Shown here: positions 19,208-28,501 of the stretch, in pieces | Layout of the letters: every line of letters starts with the position of its first letter | Position numbering within the stretch: the first letter of the stretch is position 1 | Origin: Vulcanimicrobiota bacterium | GTDB taxonomy: Bacteria; Vulcanimicrobiota; CADAWZ01; Ess09-12 | Assembly: GCA_031082125.1 (NCBI GenBank) | Contig: JAVHLM010000002.1 | Location: forward strand, 239,012 to 303,011 | Direction: 5' to 3' | Length of the DNA: 64,000 bases | Notes under the pieces: model-generated | Database searches by the model: none | Told to the model about the DNA's origin: nothing | Seen by the model: the letters and a program-made list of their open reading frames with translations, nothing else | Made by a program: the position numbers and the translations under genes

Positions 19208-20390
19208 GGGGGACGACGGCCTGCTGAAGGGGCTGCCCAAAGACCTGGACGGTCCTGTTCCCCACATAGACGTCAATTTCGCTCCTCACGCCGAAGTCTC
19301 CCTCGAGGTAGATCCCCGGCTCCAGCGAGAAACAGCAGCCGGGGAGGATGAGGCGCTCGTCCTGGGTTTCCAGGTTGTCAATGTTGACGCCTGTGCCATG
19401 CACATCCTCACCGATTGAGTGGCCTGTCCTGTGGATGAACCTGGGGCCGTAGCCGGCGGCTTCTATGAGAGCTCTGGCCCTGTCATCGATTTCCCAGCCG
19501 CGGAGCTCCCTGCCGCCGGTGACGCGCTCTTCCACAAGGGCCAGCGCGCTTTCGCGGGCTCTTTTCACGATATCAAATACCGCCGAATATTTTGGCGGCA
19601 CCTCGGTGCCTGCGAAGGCAGTCCACGTGATATCGCCATAGACGGCCAGAGGAGCGTCCTTCTTCGCCCAGATGTCCAGCAGGATGAAATCGCCGGCCTT
19701 GAGGGCTTTGGAGGAGCCCTCAAGGGGTTCGTAATGGGGATTGGCAGTGTGCTCGTTGAAGGCAACCACCGGGTAGTGATGGGTGATGAGGGAGCGCTCT
19801 CTGAAGCGCTCGAGCACAAACTGCTGGAGGGAATATTCCGAGGCCGTGAGGTTCTCCGCTATGTGGCGCCTTATCTCTCCGAAGGTGAGATCCACGATCC
19901 TCCTGAGGTCTTCCACCGCCTCGCGGTGGCTTGCGAGCTGAGACTCCGTGAGGAGAGACTCGAATCGCTGTATGAGATCGGCAGAGGAGACGATATCGAC
20001 GCCGAATGAGCGGATAAGCTCTATGGTGCCCCCGTCCACGGTCGAGACATAAGGGATGGCGTTCATGGGGGAATATTGCATGGCCACTCTTCTCGCCCCA
20101 TGGAGTGCCTCCCTGAGGCTGCGGTGAAGCTCTTTCCATGAGAGATAGATCTTTTTTTCTCCCGGCAGGGCGTCAAGCTGCCCCTCCTCGATGATATGCA
20201 CGATCTTCACCGGTTCCCTGCGGGCCGGGAGGTAGTAGAACCATCGGCGCGTAGAGGCTCCCTTTTCTTCGAGACGGAGCACCCTCGACGCATAGGGATC
20301 GCTTCCCCGGAAGCTGCAGAAAAGCCAGCCGTCAAGGTCCATCTCTGCAAGGGTTTTCTGGATATCCTCAATATGGGTTAAGACAGTCAT
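19197..20390 (-). CDS. M24-family metallopeptidase (Xaa-Pro aminopeptidase / prolidase-like)
   Basis: 397 aa; creatinase/prolidase fold motifs HRTGHSIGEDVHG and C-terminal pita-bread region; overlaps 3' end of the RmlD-like gene. Confidence 0.7.
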   Translation of the reverse strand: MTVLTHIEDIQKTLAEMDLDGWLFCSFRGSDPYASRVLRLEEKGASTRRWFYYLPARREPVKIVHIIEEGQLDALPGEKKIYLSWKELHRSLREALHGARRVAMQYSPMNAIPYVSTVDGGTIELIRSFGVDIVSSADLIQRFESLLTESQLASHREAVEDLRRIVDLTFGEIRRHIAENLTASEYSLQQFVLERFRERSLITHHYPVVAFNEHTANPHYEPLEGSSKALKAGDFILLDIWAKKDAPLAVYGDITWTAFAGTEVPPKYSAVFDIVKRARESALALVEERVTGGRELRGWEIDDRARALIEAAGYGPRFIHRTGHSIGEDVHGTGVNIDNLETQDERLILPGCCFSLEPGIYLEGDFGVRSEIDVYVGNRTVQVFGQPLQQAVVPLMA

Positions 20391-20645
20391 GGTTCCTCCT
20401 TTTCAAGACAATAATCCCCCAGAGGGCATACGATGACTTTTTCACCAGGGAGCAGGATAATCCCTCTGCTGCCATGGTGGTGCGAGAATTCTCTTTTCCG
20501 GGGCAGGTAAAAAGGAAACTTCATAGAATCTCTAGAATCTCCGGGTTGGCTTTGAAAAGAGCCAGCAGGCCTCTGGCATAAAAGGCAAATCTCTGCTAAG
20601 ATAAAAAGGGGGCCTCCCGCCACACTGTGAAAATGGGGTGATAGT

Positions 20646-21680
20646 ATGAAAGGATCGTTCCTCTCTGGAACAATAGGAGCCATGATGCTCCTGACAACGG
20701 CGCTCTGCCATGCAGGAGGCGATGTGCAGATCTACCGCTCATCGAAAATGGACACCCAGGGCAACGAGGTGCTTGTCATTACCAACAGATCCGCCCAGAA
20801 TATTGACCGGTATGTGCGCCGGACCGGCAGCGGCAGTTATATTTACAAAAATTACACTTCTCTTACCCCCAGAAGCGCTTCCACAGTTCCCGCAGCGCCT
20901 TCGTCGCCGGCAGCCCTCAGGGGACCTTACTCCGATTATGACGTGTCACACAGCGCGAACAGCAGCAGATATCTGGAGCCCATAATCGTGCCTTATCCCG
21001 GCACAGCAGGCGGGACAATAGATATCGCACCAATAATTTTCATGGAGGCACGGCGCTATAACGTCGATCCAATTCTTGTGAAGACCGTGATCAAGTACGA
21101 GTCAGGATTCTGCCCCTCGGCCATCTCGCCGGCCGGTGCCTGCGGCCTCATGCAGCTCATGCCGGGCACTGCCGAGGCGCTGGGGGTGAGCGATGTCTTT
21201 TCACCCCATCAGAATATATCGGGAGGGGTGCAGTACATCAGGCGCCAGCTCGACAACTTCGGCAACAACGTGGCCTATGCGCTGGCAGCCTATAATGCCG
21301 GCCCGGGAGCCGTCTCCACTTACGGCGGCATTCCGCCCTTCGAGGAGACGCGGAATTACGTGAACATGATTCTCTCCGACTATCTGCAGGAGGCGAGGGT
21401 CACCAGGAAGCGCACCGGCACTGCTACGGCAGTAACGGCTCCATACCGCGAGCCCAGGAAGATTGACGTGATATCAACGCTCTCCAGGATGCAGAATACT
21501 GCAGGGGACGCCGGAAGCCGGGGCATCCCCGCGGGGGGAGAGAGGGCGGCACAGGAATCGTCACAGGTTCTTCCCCTCACGGGAAGCCAACCGTCGCAGC
21601 AGAACCTGCTGGAGAACAGGCTGACTGTTCAGGGGAATCCTTTTGAAAACAACCCGTCGGTGAAAGTACCCGGTTATTAG
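20646..21680 (+). CDS. Lytic transglycosylase (SLT domain) with signal peptide
   Basis: 344 aa; signal peptide; catalytic region ESGFCPSAISPAGACGLMQLMPGTA and AYNAGPGAV. Confidence 0.8.
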   Translation: MKGSFLSGTIGAMMLLTTALCHAGGDVQIYRSSKMDTQGNEVLVITNRSAQNIDRYVRRTGSGSYIYKNYTSLTPRSASTVPAAPSSPAALRGPYSDYDVSHSANSSRYLEPIIVPYPGTAGGTIDIAPIIFMEARRYNVDPILVKTVIKYESGFCPSAISPAGACGLMQLMPGTAEALGVSDVFSPHQNISGGVQYIRRQLDNFGNNVAYALAAYNAGPGAVSTYGGIPPFEETRNYVNMILSDYLQEARVTRKRTGTATAVTAPYREPRKIDVISTLSRMQNTAGDAGSRGIPAGGERAAQESSQVLPLTGSQPSQQNLLENRLTVQGNPFENNPSVKVPGY

Positions 21681-21685
21681 GAGTC

Positions 21686-23293
21686 ATGAAGAGCGACAGA
21701 GTGCTTTTTTACGCACCGGTGAGGGCTTGTTGCGCCGCCATTCATTGCCGCGTCCCATGCCTTGTCCTTGCCCTCTATCTCCTGGCGATTTTTTCTTCAT
21801 TGGGGGCATATTCCCAGCAACAGAGCCCTCAGGAGAATGACAAGGCCCCTCTCGCGCTTCCTTCGTCCTCATCGATCCTCTGCACTGTTGACTTTACCAA
21901 GGCTATGGGGGATTTCCCCGGAGGCTCCATCGTAATGGCCTTCCCGGCAGACTCCTCGAGGGGTGGGGAAGCCGGGGCAGGGCCTGTCGATGTGGTGAAA
22001 GCTTCAGGTCTTGACGTGATGCAGCTTGAAATAGCAGAGGACTTTTACAATGTCTTTCCCGATAAAAGCCTGGATCCTTCGGCTCCCGGGAGCTATCGCT
22101 TTGCCGATCTTGATAACACCATCATGAAGGCCAGGGAACAGAACCTCTCTCTGGTATTCTCCTTCAAAGCTTCCCGGTTTCCCGACGATGTGGGAAAATT
22201 CAGAACGCAGCTTGAGCAGGTGATGAAGCACCTTTGCATTGCCCTGGGTCCCGGAAAGGCTCTCAAGGCTTTTCTCTTTGACGCCCGGCCCGATGAGCCC
22301 GGTTCATACTGGAACGGCAAGGACGATGAATGCCTCCGCCTTTACACGCTTTTTGCAAGGTCAGCCCGAAAAATCGATTCTTCAATCCCCGTGGGGGGGT
22401 GCGGCTTTCTCAATGTCTTTGCCGGCGAGAGCGAAGGCACCTTCAAGGACGTCTCACCACGGCTCCTCCAGTGGATTGACGGTATCACACGGGATAAGGT
22501 GCCATGCGATATGCTCTTTTTCCGCCATTGTGGCTTGATCCCTTACGGATTTTTCCTTGTGACCCGCACCCTCGAGGAGAAAGTGCTCCGTGGCCGCCCT
22601 TCCCTCTCGACCCTGTTCAGCAGGCCAAAACTCTATTGTGCCATAGAGGCCCTCCCTGAAAAGGCTCCGTCTCTTTTCAGGGCAACGGTAACAGTCAATG
22701 CCCTCATATGTGCCATCAAGGGCGGTGCAAATTATGTGGCCATAACAAATGGCTCAGGTGAGGTGAGCGATCCCCTCACGGCGGCACTCAAGGAGTGCTG
22801 CAATTTTTCGCGGTATCCTGTGCAGCTGGAGACAGTGGGGCTTGACCGCCTCTGCTTCATTATCATGGCCTGCCGCTCAAAGGATGGGAAGTCGCTGTTC
22901 TTTACCCTGAGCGGCAACAATCCTACAAGCTACCTGCTCTCCGGTGAGGGAGGCGAAGATAAGGCTGCCATGGAGAAAGAGTACCGCGCATATGTTGACA
23001 CCTTTACCGAAAAAGTATTCCCTCCCCTTTACGAGCGCTATCATCTCAACATAGAGGGCCTCCCCTGGGGAGGGCAGCCCATCCTTCTCAGGAGGTACAT
23101 GCTGGAAGGGCAGAACGGGCTTCGCCTCGCTGAAGAGAAAGTCCTTGCGGGGAACAAGCAGTTCTACTTCAACAAGAACTTTACCCAGCCCGGAATACAG
23201 TTTCTCCACCTGGAGGTGCAGGAGAAGCCGAAAGAGGAGAAGGCGCAGCCTTCTCCGGTGAATCCTCAGGAAAAGAAGGGAGTGGTGCCATGA
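21686..23293 (+). CDS. Hypothetical Cys-rich secreted or membrane-anchored protein (535 aa)
   Basis: Hydrophobic N-terminus; no recognisable catalytic motifs; ends in a Pro/Lys/Glu-rich tail; 4-nt overlap with next gene. Confidence 0.5.
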   Translation: MKSDRVLFYAPVRACCAAIHCRVPCLVLALYLLAIFSSLGAYSQQQSPQENDKAPLALPSSSSILCTVDFTKAMGDFPGGSIVMAFPADSSRGGEAGAGPVDVVKASGLDVMQLEIAEDFYNVFPDKSLDPSAPGSYRFADLDNTIMKAREQNLSLVFSFKASRFPDDVGKFRTQLEQVMKHLCIALGPGKALKAFLFDARPDEPGSYWNGKDDECLRLYTLFARSARKIDSSIPVGGCGFLNVFAGESEGTFKDVSPRLLQWIDGITRDKVPCDMLFFRHCGLIPYGFFLVTRTLEEKVLRGRPSLSTLFSRPKLYCAIEALPEKAPSLFRATVTVNALICAIKGGANYVAITNGSGEVSDPLTAALKECCNFSRYPVQLETVGLDRLCFIIMACRSKDGKSLFFTLSGNNPTSYLLSGEGGEDKAAMEKEYRAYVDTFTEKVFPPLYERYHLNIEGLPWGGQPILLRRYMLEGQNGLRLAEEKVLAGNKQFYFNKNFTQPGIQFLHLEVQEKPKEEKAQPSPVNPQEKKGVVP

Positions 23294-24204
23294 GGCTCCT
23301 TACACGGTCTGATTTTGACGGTCTCGTATCGGCAGTGCTGCTGAAAGCCGCGGGAGTCATCTCGAGCAGGCAGTTTGTCCATCCCAAGGATGTGCAGGAT
23401 GGGCTCGTGGAGGTCTTCGAGGACGATGTCCTTGCAAACATCCCCTATGTAAAAGGCTGCGGACTCTGGTTTGATCACCATTCAAGCGAACAGGAAAGGC
23501 TGGGCAATCTGGGGAGTTTCAAGGGCGCTTATGAGGTCGCTGACAGCACCGCGAGGGTCATCTTCAACTATTATGGAGGTCATGAGAAGTTCGGCCACCA
23601 CTATGACGATCTTCTTGAGGCGGTAGACAAGTCCGACGCCGCCAAGTTCTCCATGGATGAGGTGCTGCACCCCCGGGGCGGCGTCCTCCTCTCTTTCATC
23701 ATTGACGCCAGGACAGGCCTGGGACGCTACAAGGATTACCGCATCAGCAACTATGACCTCATGGATAACCTTATCGATTACTGCCAGACCTTGAAGATCG
23801 ATGATATCCTGGAGCTGCCCGATCTGAAGGAGCGCACAGTGCGCTACATTGAGCACCAGCATTGGTTCGAAGAGCTGCTGCGCAAGCACTCGACCCTCGA
23901 GGGGAACGTGATCGTCACCGACTTCAGGGGCCTTGCCGAGACGCCTTCGGGGAACAGGTTTCTGGTCTATACCCTCTTTCCGGGAGGGAACATCTCGCTG
24001 CGGGCCTTTGACGGGAAGCTCAAGAATATTGTCTTTGCCGTGGGGCACAGCATTTTCCTCAGGACCTCGAGGACCGATGTGGGAAGCCTCATGCTCCGTT
24101 ACGGCGGCGGCGGCCACCAGAAGGCCGGCACGTGCCAGGTGCCGGTTGGTGAAGCCGACAGGGTCCTCAAGAAACTCGTGGAGGCCATGAAGCGTGACGG
24201 GTGA
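23290..24204 (+). CDS. DHH/DHHA1-family phosphoesterase (NrnA-like)
   Basis: 304 aa; DHH motifs RSDFDGLVSAVLL and WFDHH; DHHA1 glycine-rich motif GGGGHQKAG. Confidence 0.65.
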   Translation: MRLLTRSDFDGLVSAVLLKAAGVISSRQFVHPKDVQDGLVEVFEDDVLANIPYVKGCGLWFDHHSSEQERLGNLGSFKGAYEVADSTARVIFNYYGGHEKFGHHYDDLLEAVDKSDAAKFSMDEVLHPRGGVLLSFIIDARTGLGRYKDYRISNYDLMDNLIDYCQTLKIDDILELPDLKERTVRYIEHQHWFEELLRKHSTLEGNVIVTDFRGLAETPSGNRFLVYTLFPGGNISLRAFDGKLKNIVFAVGHSIFLRTSRTDVGSLMLRYGGGGHQKAGTCQVPVGEADRVLKKLVEAMKRDG

Positions 24205-24213
24205 CAGGCGGTG

Positions 24214-26844
24214 CTATCGGAGTCCGTCCCCTTTCATGTGCTCCAGGATTTTCCCTGCCATCGTGTAACACTCGCCTGCCTTGGCTTTCTCGCCTCTCTC
24301 TCTGAAGGCGTCGCCAAGGATGGTGTAGAGCCTTGCAAGCGAAATGGTGAGATATGAGCCGTTGCTGCTCATCAGGTCCAGCTCGTTCCGCACCTCATCG
24401 AGCCTTCCCGCATTGAAGAGGGCCATAATGAGGCCCCCGGAGATGAAGACCGGTGCGGCGGGATTTTCAAGGCTCCTGAGGGCAATTCCTTTTCTGTAGG
24501 CTTCTATGGCCTTCTCATACTCCTTCATTTTCAGCAGCAGGGCGCCGCGTCTTCCGTGGGCATAGATGATGCGCTCGGCTCCCGTGGCATTCAGCATGTC
24601 AAAGTCTTTTCCCTGAGGGTACGCGGTCCCCGGTGAAAAGCTCCGTGCGTAGAGATCCTCAATATATCCTGGGTGGCCCGGCATCAAGGTTTCCATCAGG
24701 GCAAAATCAGGCTTTCCTCTTATCCCTGCGATGAGAGCCCTCAGGGTGAGCGGTAAGGTCTCCCGCTCAGAGGCATTGGCGCTTTCAAGAAAGGCTTCAT
24801 AAGCCTTGAGGGCCGCCGCACCATCGCCTGATTTCTCAAGAGCCCATGCCCTGAGGAAGAGAAGCCCCGCCGGAGCAGGCTTCACGGAAAGCCCCCTTCC
24901 GACCTCTTCAAGGGCTTCCCTCGCGATGGATGCGCGCTGGTATCCCTGGCCCGAGATGGCAAAGAGCCTAAAGAGGCAGCACACTATCTCGTTTCCCCCC
25001 CCCATCAGCGAGGAGAGCTCTCTGCGCGCCCCTTCATAATCGCCTCTGGCAAGCGCTGCCCGGGCTTTATAATAACGGGGGAAGCACCCCGGGCCGGTGG
25101 TGGGGCTTTCCCCGAGGGTCTCTGCACCTGTCCACTTATCCGCCAGGCCTCCATTGAAAGCCTCCATGAGCCCTGGGGCTGACGGGGCGAGGGTTTTCAG
25201 CAGGGCCCATCCCCTGAGCTCCCCGTTCCTTATGAGGAGCGCCGGCTTGTTGAGGTGAAAGGGAAGAAGCCCTGGTGAAGGGACTTTCCTCGCCCGGGGC
25301 ATGTCATGATAGGTGCCCACCGTTCCCGCCACGGGCCTGAGGGCTTCAATCTCATCGACTTCGACTACCGTGAGGGTCCCCACGGTGACTCTTGCTCCAT
25401 CCTTTCCCATTCCGCTGATATCCCCCCCGGGGGTGAGAGCAAGGTCAGAAGTGCCTCCGGGGATGATGATCCCTGTGGAATATCCTTCAGGAGTCACAAG
25501 GTCTCTCTCTTGCCTGAGAGTGAACGAGGCGGTCCTGGTGAGGGAGGACCGACCATCCTTCCACACTCTTACCAGGCAGGTGCCGGCAAGGGCGCCGTCG
25601 AGAGCCTTCCCTGTAGGGATGGTGCTCGCGCGGAGGAACTCGAAGAGATAAATGAGGGCATTACCCCTGTCTTCGTCCCTGAGAAGCTCTGCAAGGGGGA
25701 GATAGGCTTCGTAGCTCCGGGAGGGATCGCCGCCGAGGCTCTCCCGGAGAAGGCGGAGGGCCTCTCTGCGGTTCTCTGCCCCGAGGCCGAGGAAAAGGAG
25801 AGACCGGGAGCGCAGCAGGTTCATGGGGCCCCACGATGACAGGGGGGGGCACAGGCCAAGGGCTTTTTCAAAGTAAGGGCGCGCCGCGGTGAGCGAGCCC
25901 TCCCGTGCGAGGAGGTATCCCACATTGAAATTCAGAAAAGCGTTCAGGGGCTGCCTTTTAAGGGCCTCACCGGCCATTTCCCTGGCTTTCCCGATGTCGC
26001 CCTGTCTCTCATGATAGAGGGAGCACCATGAGAGGGCCTCGATCACTGAAATAATGGAGTCACCGCCCTCATTGAGGGCTTTTTCGTAAAATGGCCTTTC
26101 ATCGTCCTCTCCCCAGGCCATGACTGTGGCGCGGAGCTCATCGTTTTTTACAAGCTCCAGTCCCGTGTCGGTGAAGACCTGCCGCTCTCCCTTTCCTGCT
26201 GCGAAGAAGGAAGTGCAGGGACTGCCTGCCATCGCGCTCCTGAAAGCAGCGGCGCGGGCTTCGCCGGTTCCGGGAAGAAAAAGCTCCCGTGGCGAGAAAA
26301 GTGATCGGGAGAGGAGAAAGCCCGCTCTCTTGAGGTCTCCCTCCCTTGCTGCAAGCGAAGCCAGCAGGAAGGCGGACTTTGCTGCCGGCAGTGAAGGGCC
26401 TTCCAGGCCTCCCGAGGCTTCAATGGGCAGGCTGCCGCTTCGGGGAGCCTTCAAAATCGCTGAAGAAAGCCATTTGGTGGCCTCATGGCCATGGCCGAGG
26501 GAGTAGTGGGCAAGGCCCACCATGAAGAGACCCGGGGCATACCCGGGGGAAAGTTTCGCCTCTTCTTCAAGGTAATAGAGTGATTTTTCCCTCAGCCCCC
26601 TTTCCCAGTAAAGGTTTCCCAGCTTAAGCCACACCGGGGCCATGGCAGGGTCTATACGCAGGGCCTTTTCCCATTCCAGCAGCGCCTCGCCAGCCTTCCC
26701 CTGGCGGAACAGGGAGTCGCCAAGCCTTTCATGCATGGATGCCCCTTGCGGGGAGGCTTCAGAGTCCTGGCCGGCCATAAGGGTGCCGGTCAGGGAAAGG
26801 ATCAGCAGGAAACTCAGGAACAAGGCGGGCATTTTTTTCTTCAT
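24214..26844 (-). CDS. Large secreted TPR-repeat protein (876 aa)
   Basis: Signal peptide MKKKMPALFLSFLLILSLTGTLMA; repeated TPR-like helices (AGEALLEWEKALRIDP, AIEAYRKGIAL). Confidence 0.7.
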   Translation of the reverse strand: MKKKMPALFLSFLLILSLTGTLMAGQDSEASPQGASMHERLGDSLFRQGKAGEALLEWEKALRIDPAMAPVWLKLGNLYWERGLREKSLYYLEEEAKLSPGYAPGLFMVGLAHYSLGHGHEATKWLSSAILKAPRSGSLPIEASGGLEGPSLPAAKSAFLLASLAAREGDLKRAGFLLSRSLFSPRELFLPGTGEARAAAFRSAMAGSPCTSFFAAGKGERQVFTDTGLELVKNDELRATVMAWGEDDERPFYEKALNEGGDSIISVIEALSWCSLYHERQGDIGKAREMAGEALKRQPLNAFLNFNVGYLLAREGSLTAARPYFEKALGLCPPLSSWGPMNLLRSRSLLFLGLGAENRREALRLLRESLGGDPSRSYEAYLPLAELLRDEDRGNALIYLFEFLRASTIPTGKALDGALAGTCLVRVWKDGRSSLTRTASFTLRQERDLVTPEGYSTGIIIPGGTSDLALTPGGDISGMGKDGARVTVGTLTVVEVDEIEALRPVAGTVGTYHDMPRARKVPSPGLLPFHLNKPALLIRNGELRGWALLKTLAPSAPGLMEAFNGGLADKWTGAETLGESPTTGPGCFPRYYKARAALARGDYEGARRELSSLMGGGNEIVCCLFRLFAISGQGYQRASIAREALEEVGRGLSVKPAPAGLLFLRAWALEKSGDGAAALKAYEAFLESANASERETLPLTLRALIAGIRGKPDFALMETLMPGHPGYIEDLYARSFSPGTAYPQGKDFDMLNATGAERIIYAHGRRGALLLKMKEYEKAIEAYRKGIALRSLENPAAPVFISGGLIMALFNAGRLDEVRNELDLMSSNGSYLTISLARLYTILGDAFRERGEKAKAGECYTMAGKILEHMKGDGLR

Positions 26845-26852
26845 GGGGCCTC

Positions 26853-27800
26853 CTATTGAAAGGGGAGCTTGAATTTTTCCCCTGTCACAAGCTCGGTTTT
26901 GGTCATGATGCGGGGAGGCACCTGCTCTCCCCGGAGGGCTTTCAGGAGATTTTCGACGCCGAGAGCGCCCATCTCATAAGGGCTCTGGGTGACCGTAGCG
27001 TTTATCTGCCTTTCTTTCACCGCCTTGAGCCCCTCCTCAGAAGCGTCGAACCCTGCAATGAGTATTTTTTGCTTCAGGACCACCTTGGCTGCGTCGGAGA
27101 CGCCCAGGGCCATGAGGTCATTGAGGGCGAAAGCGCCCTTGATGTCAGGGTGGGAGTGGAAGGTCTCCCTGGCGATCTCAAAGGCCTTGGTTCTGTTGAA
27201 GTACGCCGGCGGCGCGGTGATGATTCTGATTTTCGGGGAGCCCTGCAAGGCCTCCTTGAAGCCCTGGCGCCTCAGGTTCCCCGTGAAGCTGTCGCTTTTC
27301 CCTTCCAGCAGCAGCAGGGACCCTTCATGGTTGATTTTTTCGGCGAGGTATTCTCCTATGTGTCGGCCTCCCTTCAGGTTGTCGCTTGTTATAAGCGAGA
27401 GAACCTGGGCACCCGTCTCCTTCGCGAGCTTTTCATCGATGCCCGTATCAAGGAGGATCACGGGGATCTTGAGGCGGTTGGCCTTCAGTATAAGGGGCAT
27501 GCATCGTTTTTTCCCCTCGGGGACAATGAGAATCCCCTCGATCCTGGTGTCCAGGAGCCTGTCTATGAGCATGGCGTTTTCCTCGGCATCGAGGCGGTCC
27601 TGGACCAGGATGGTGGCCTTGATGCCGCGGGCTTCGGCCGTCTCCCTGATCCCCTTCTCCATGTCGCTGAAATAGGGATTCATCGATGATTTCAGGACGG
27701 CGCCGATCATGGAAGTTTTTGCCGGTCCCGACCCCTTCCCGCACCCCCAGAGAAGGCAGAGCAGGGAAAAACACAGTATCGTGAGAGGAAATTTTTGCAT
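26853..27800 (-). CDS. Periplasmic sugar-binding protein family (PBP1/RbsB-like) lipoprotein, orphan
   Basis: 315 aa; lipobox LLWGC; PBP1 fold motifs (ATILVQDR, EGILIVPEG, IPVILLDTG); no ABC permease or ATPase adjacent. Confidence 0.75.
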   Translation of the reverse strand: MQKFPLTILCFSLLCLLWGCGKGSGPAKTSMIGAVLKSSMNPYFSDMEKGIRETAEARGIKATILVQDRLDAEENAMLIDRLLDTRIEGILIVPEGKKRCMPLILKANRLKIPVILLDTGIDEKLAKETGAQVLSLITSDNLKGGRHIGEYLAEKINHEGSLLLLEGKSDSFTGNLRRQGFKEALQGSPKIRIITAPPAYFNRTKAFEIARETFHSHPDIKGAFALNDLMALGVSDAAKVVLKQKILIAGFDASEEGLKAVKERQINATVTQSPYEMGALGVENLLKALRGEQVPPRIMTKTELVTGEKFKLPFQ

Positions 27801-27909
27801 CGGCAGGCCCTCCCTCCATGACTATTCTTCCCGGGTACCAGGAGTCCTCTTGCCCCGCATCATCCCAGGACCCATCGAGGGCGGTGGCACCGGAATTTTT
27901 CTTTGGGAG

Positions 27910-27938
27910 TTGACAACCTGGGGGGACCTCTCTATAAT
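27910..27938 (+). promoter_or_regulatory. Predicted consensus promoter of the DUF2760-Hsp70-Hsp70 operon (TTGACA-17-TATAAT)
   Basis: TTGACAacctggggggacctctcTATAAT ~40 nt upstream of GAAAGGAG RBS and ATG 27977. Confidence 0.6.
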
Positions 27939-27976
27939 TATCACCTGACTATGGTCCCGCCCGGGGAAAGAAAGGA

Positions 27977-28453
27977 GTGATCATTATGGGTGGGTTTATA
28001 AAGGCCTTGCAGCTTTTTTTCCAGGTCCTCAGGGACAGGGAGCTGGCCGAGGGAATTGAGAGACTGAAAAGCGGGCAGCTCTGCGACCCTGCACGGGTCC
28101 TTTACCTTTTCCAGCGCGAAGCGCGCTTTGTGGATTTCATCAAGGAAGACCTGGAGGGTATCGGCGATGCCCAGGTGGGCGCCGTGGCGCGCACCTTACA
28201 CCAGGGGTGCCGGAAGATCCTCAAGGAGTATCTTGTCATAGAGCCTGTGAGGAGCGAAGAGGAGGGCTCGCCTCTCACCGTGGAGAAAGGCTTTGATCCC
28301 TCGGCGATCCGCCTGGTGGGGAATGTGAGCGGTGAGCCCCCTTTCAAGGGAACGCTGGCCCACCATGGGTGGAAGCTTGCCTCTTCCAAGGTTCCGGCCG
28401 CACCCTCCGGCCAGGATTCGTCAATAATCCAGCCTGCCGAGGTAGAGCTCTAG
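27977..28453 (+). CDS. Small cytoplasmic protein, DUF2760-like (158 aa)
   Basis: Track ORF with strong RBS; helical N-terminal half; family assignment from recollection of DUF2760 proteins neighbouring Hsp70 paralogs, not from a search. Confidence 0.5.
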   Translation: MIIMGGFIKALQLFFQVLRDRELAEGIERLKSGQLCDPARVLYLFQREARFVDFIKEDLEGIGDAQVGAVARTLHQGCRKILKEYLVIEPVRSEEEGSPLTVEKGFDPSAIRLVGNVSGEPPFKGTLAHHGWKLASSKVPAAPSGQDSSIIQPAEVEL

Positions 28454-28501
28454 CGGGAGCGAAGATAAATTTGCATTTTCTGTTATGAAATGAGGTGTAC
28501 T

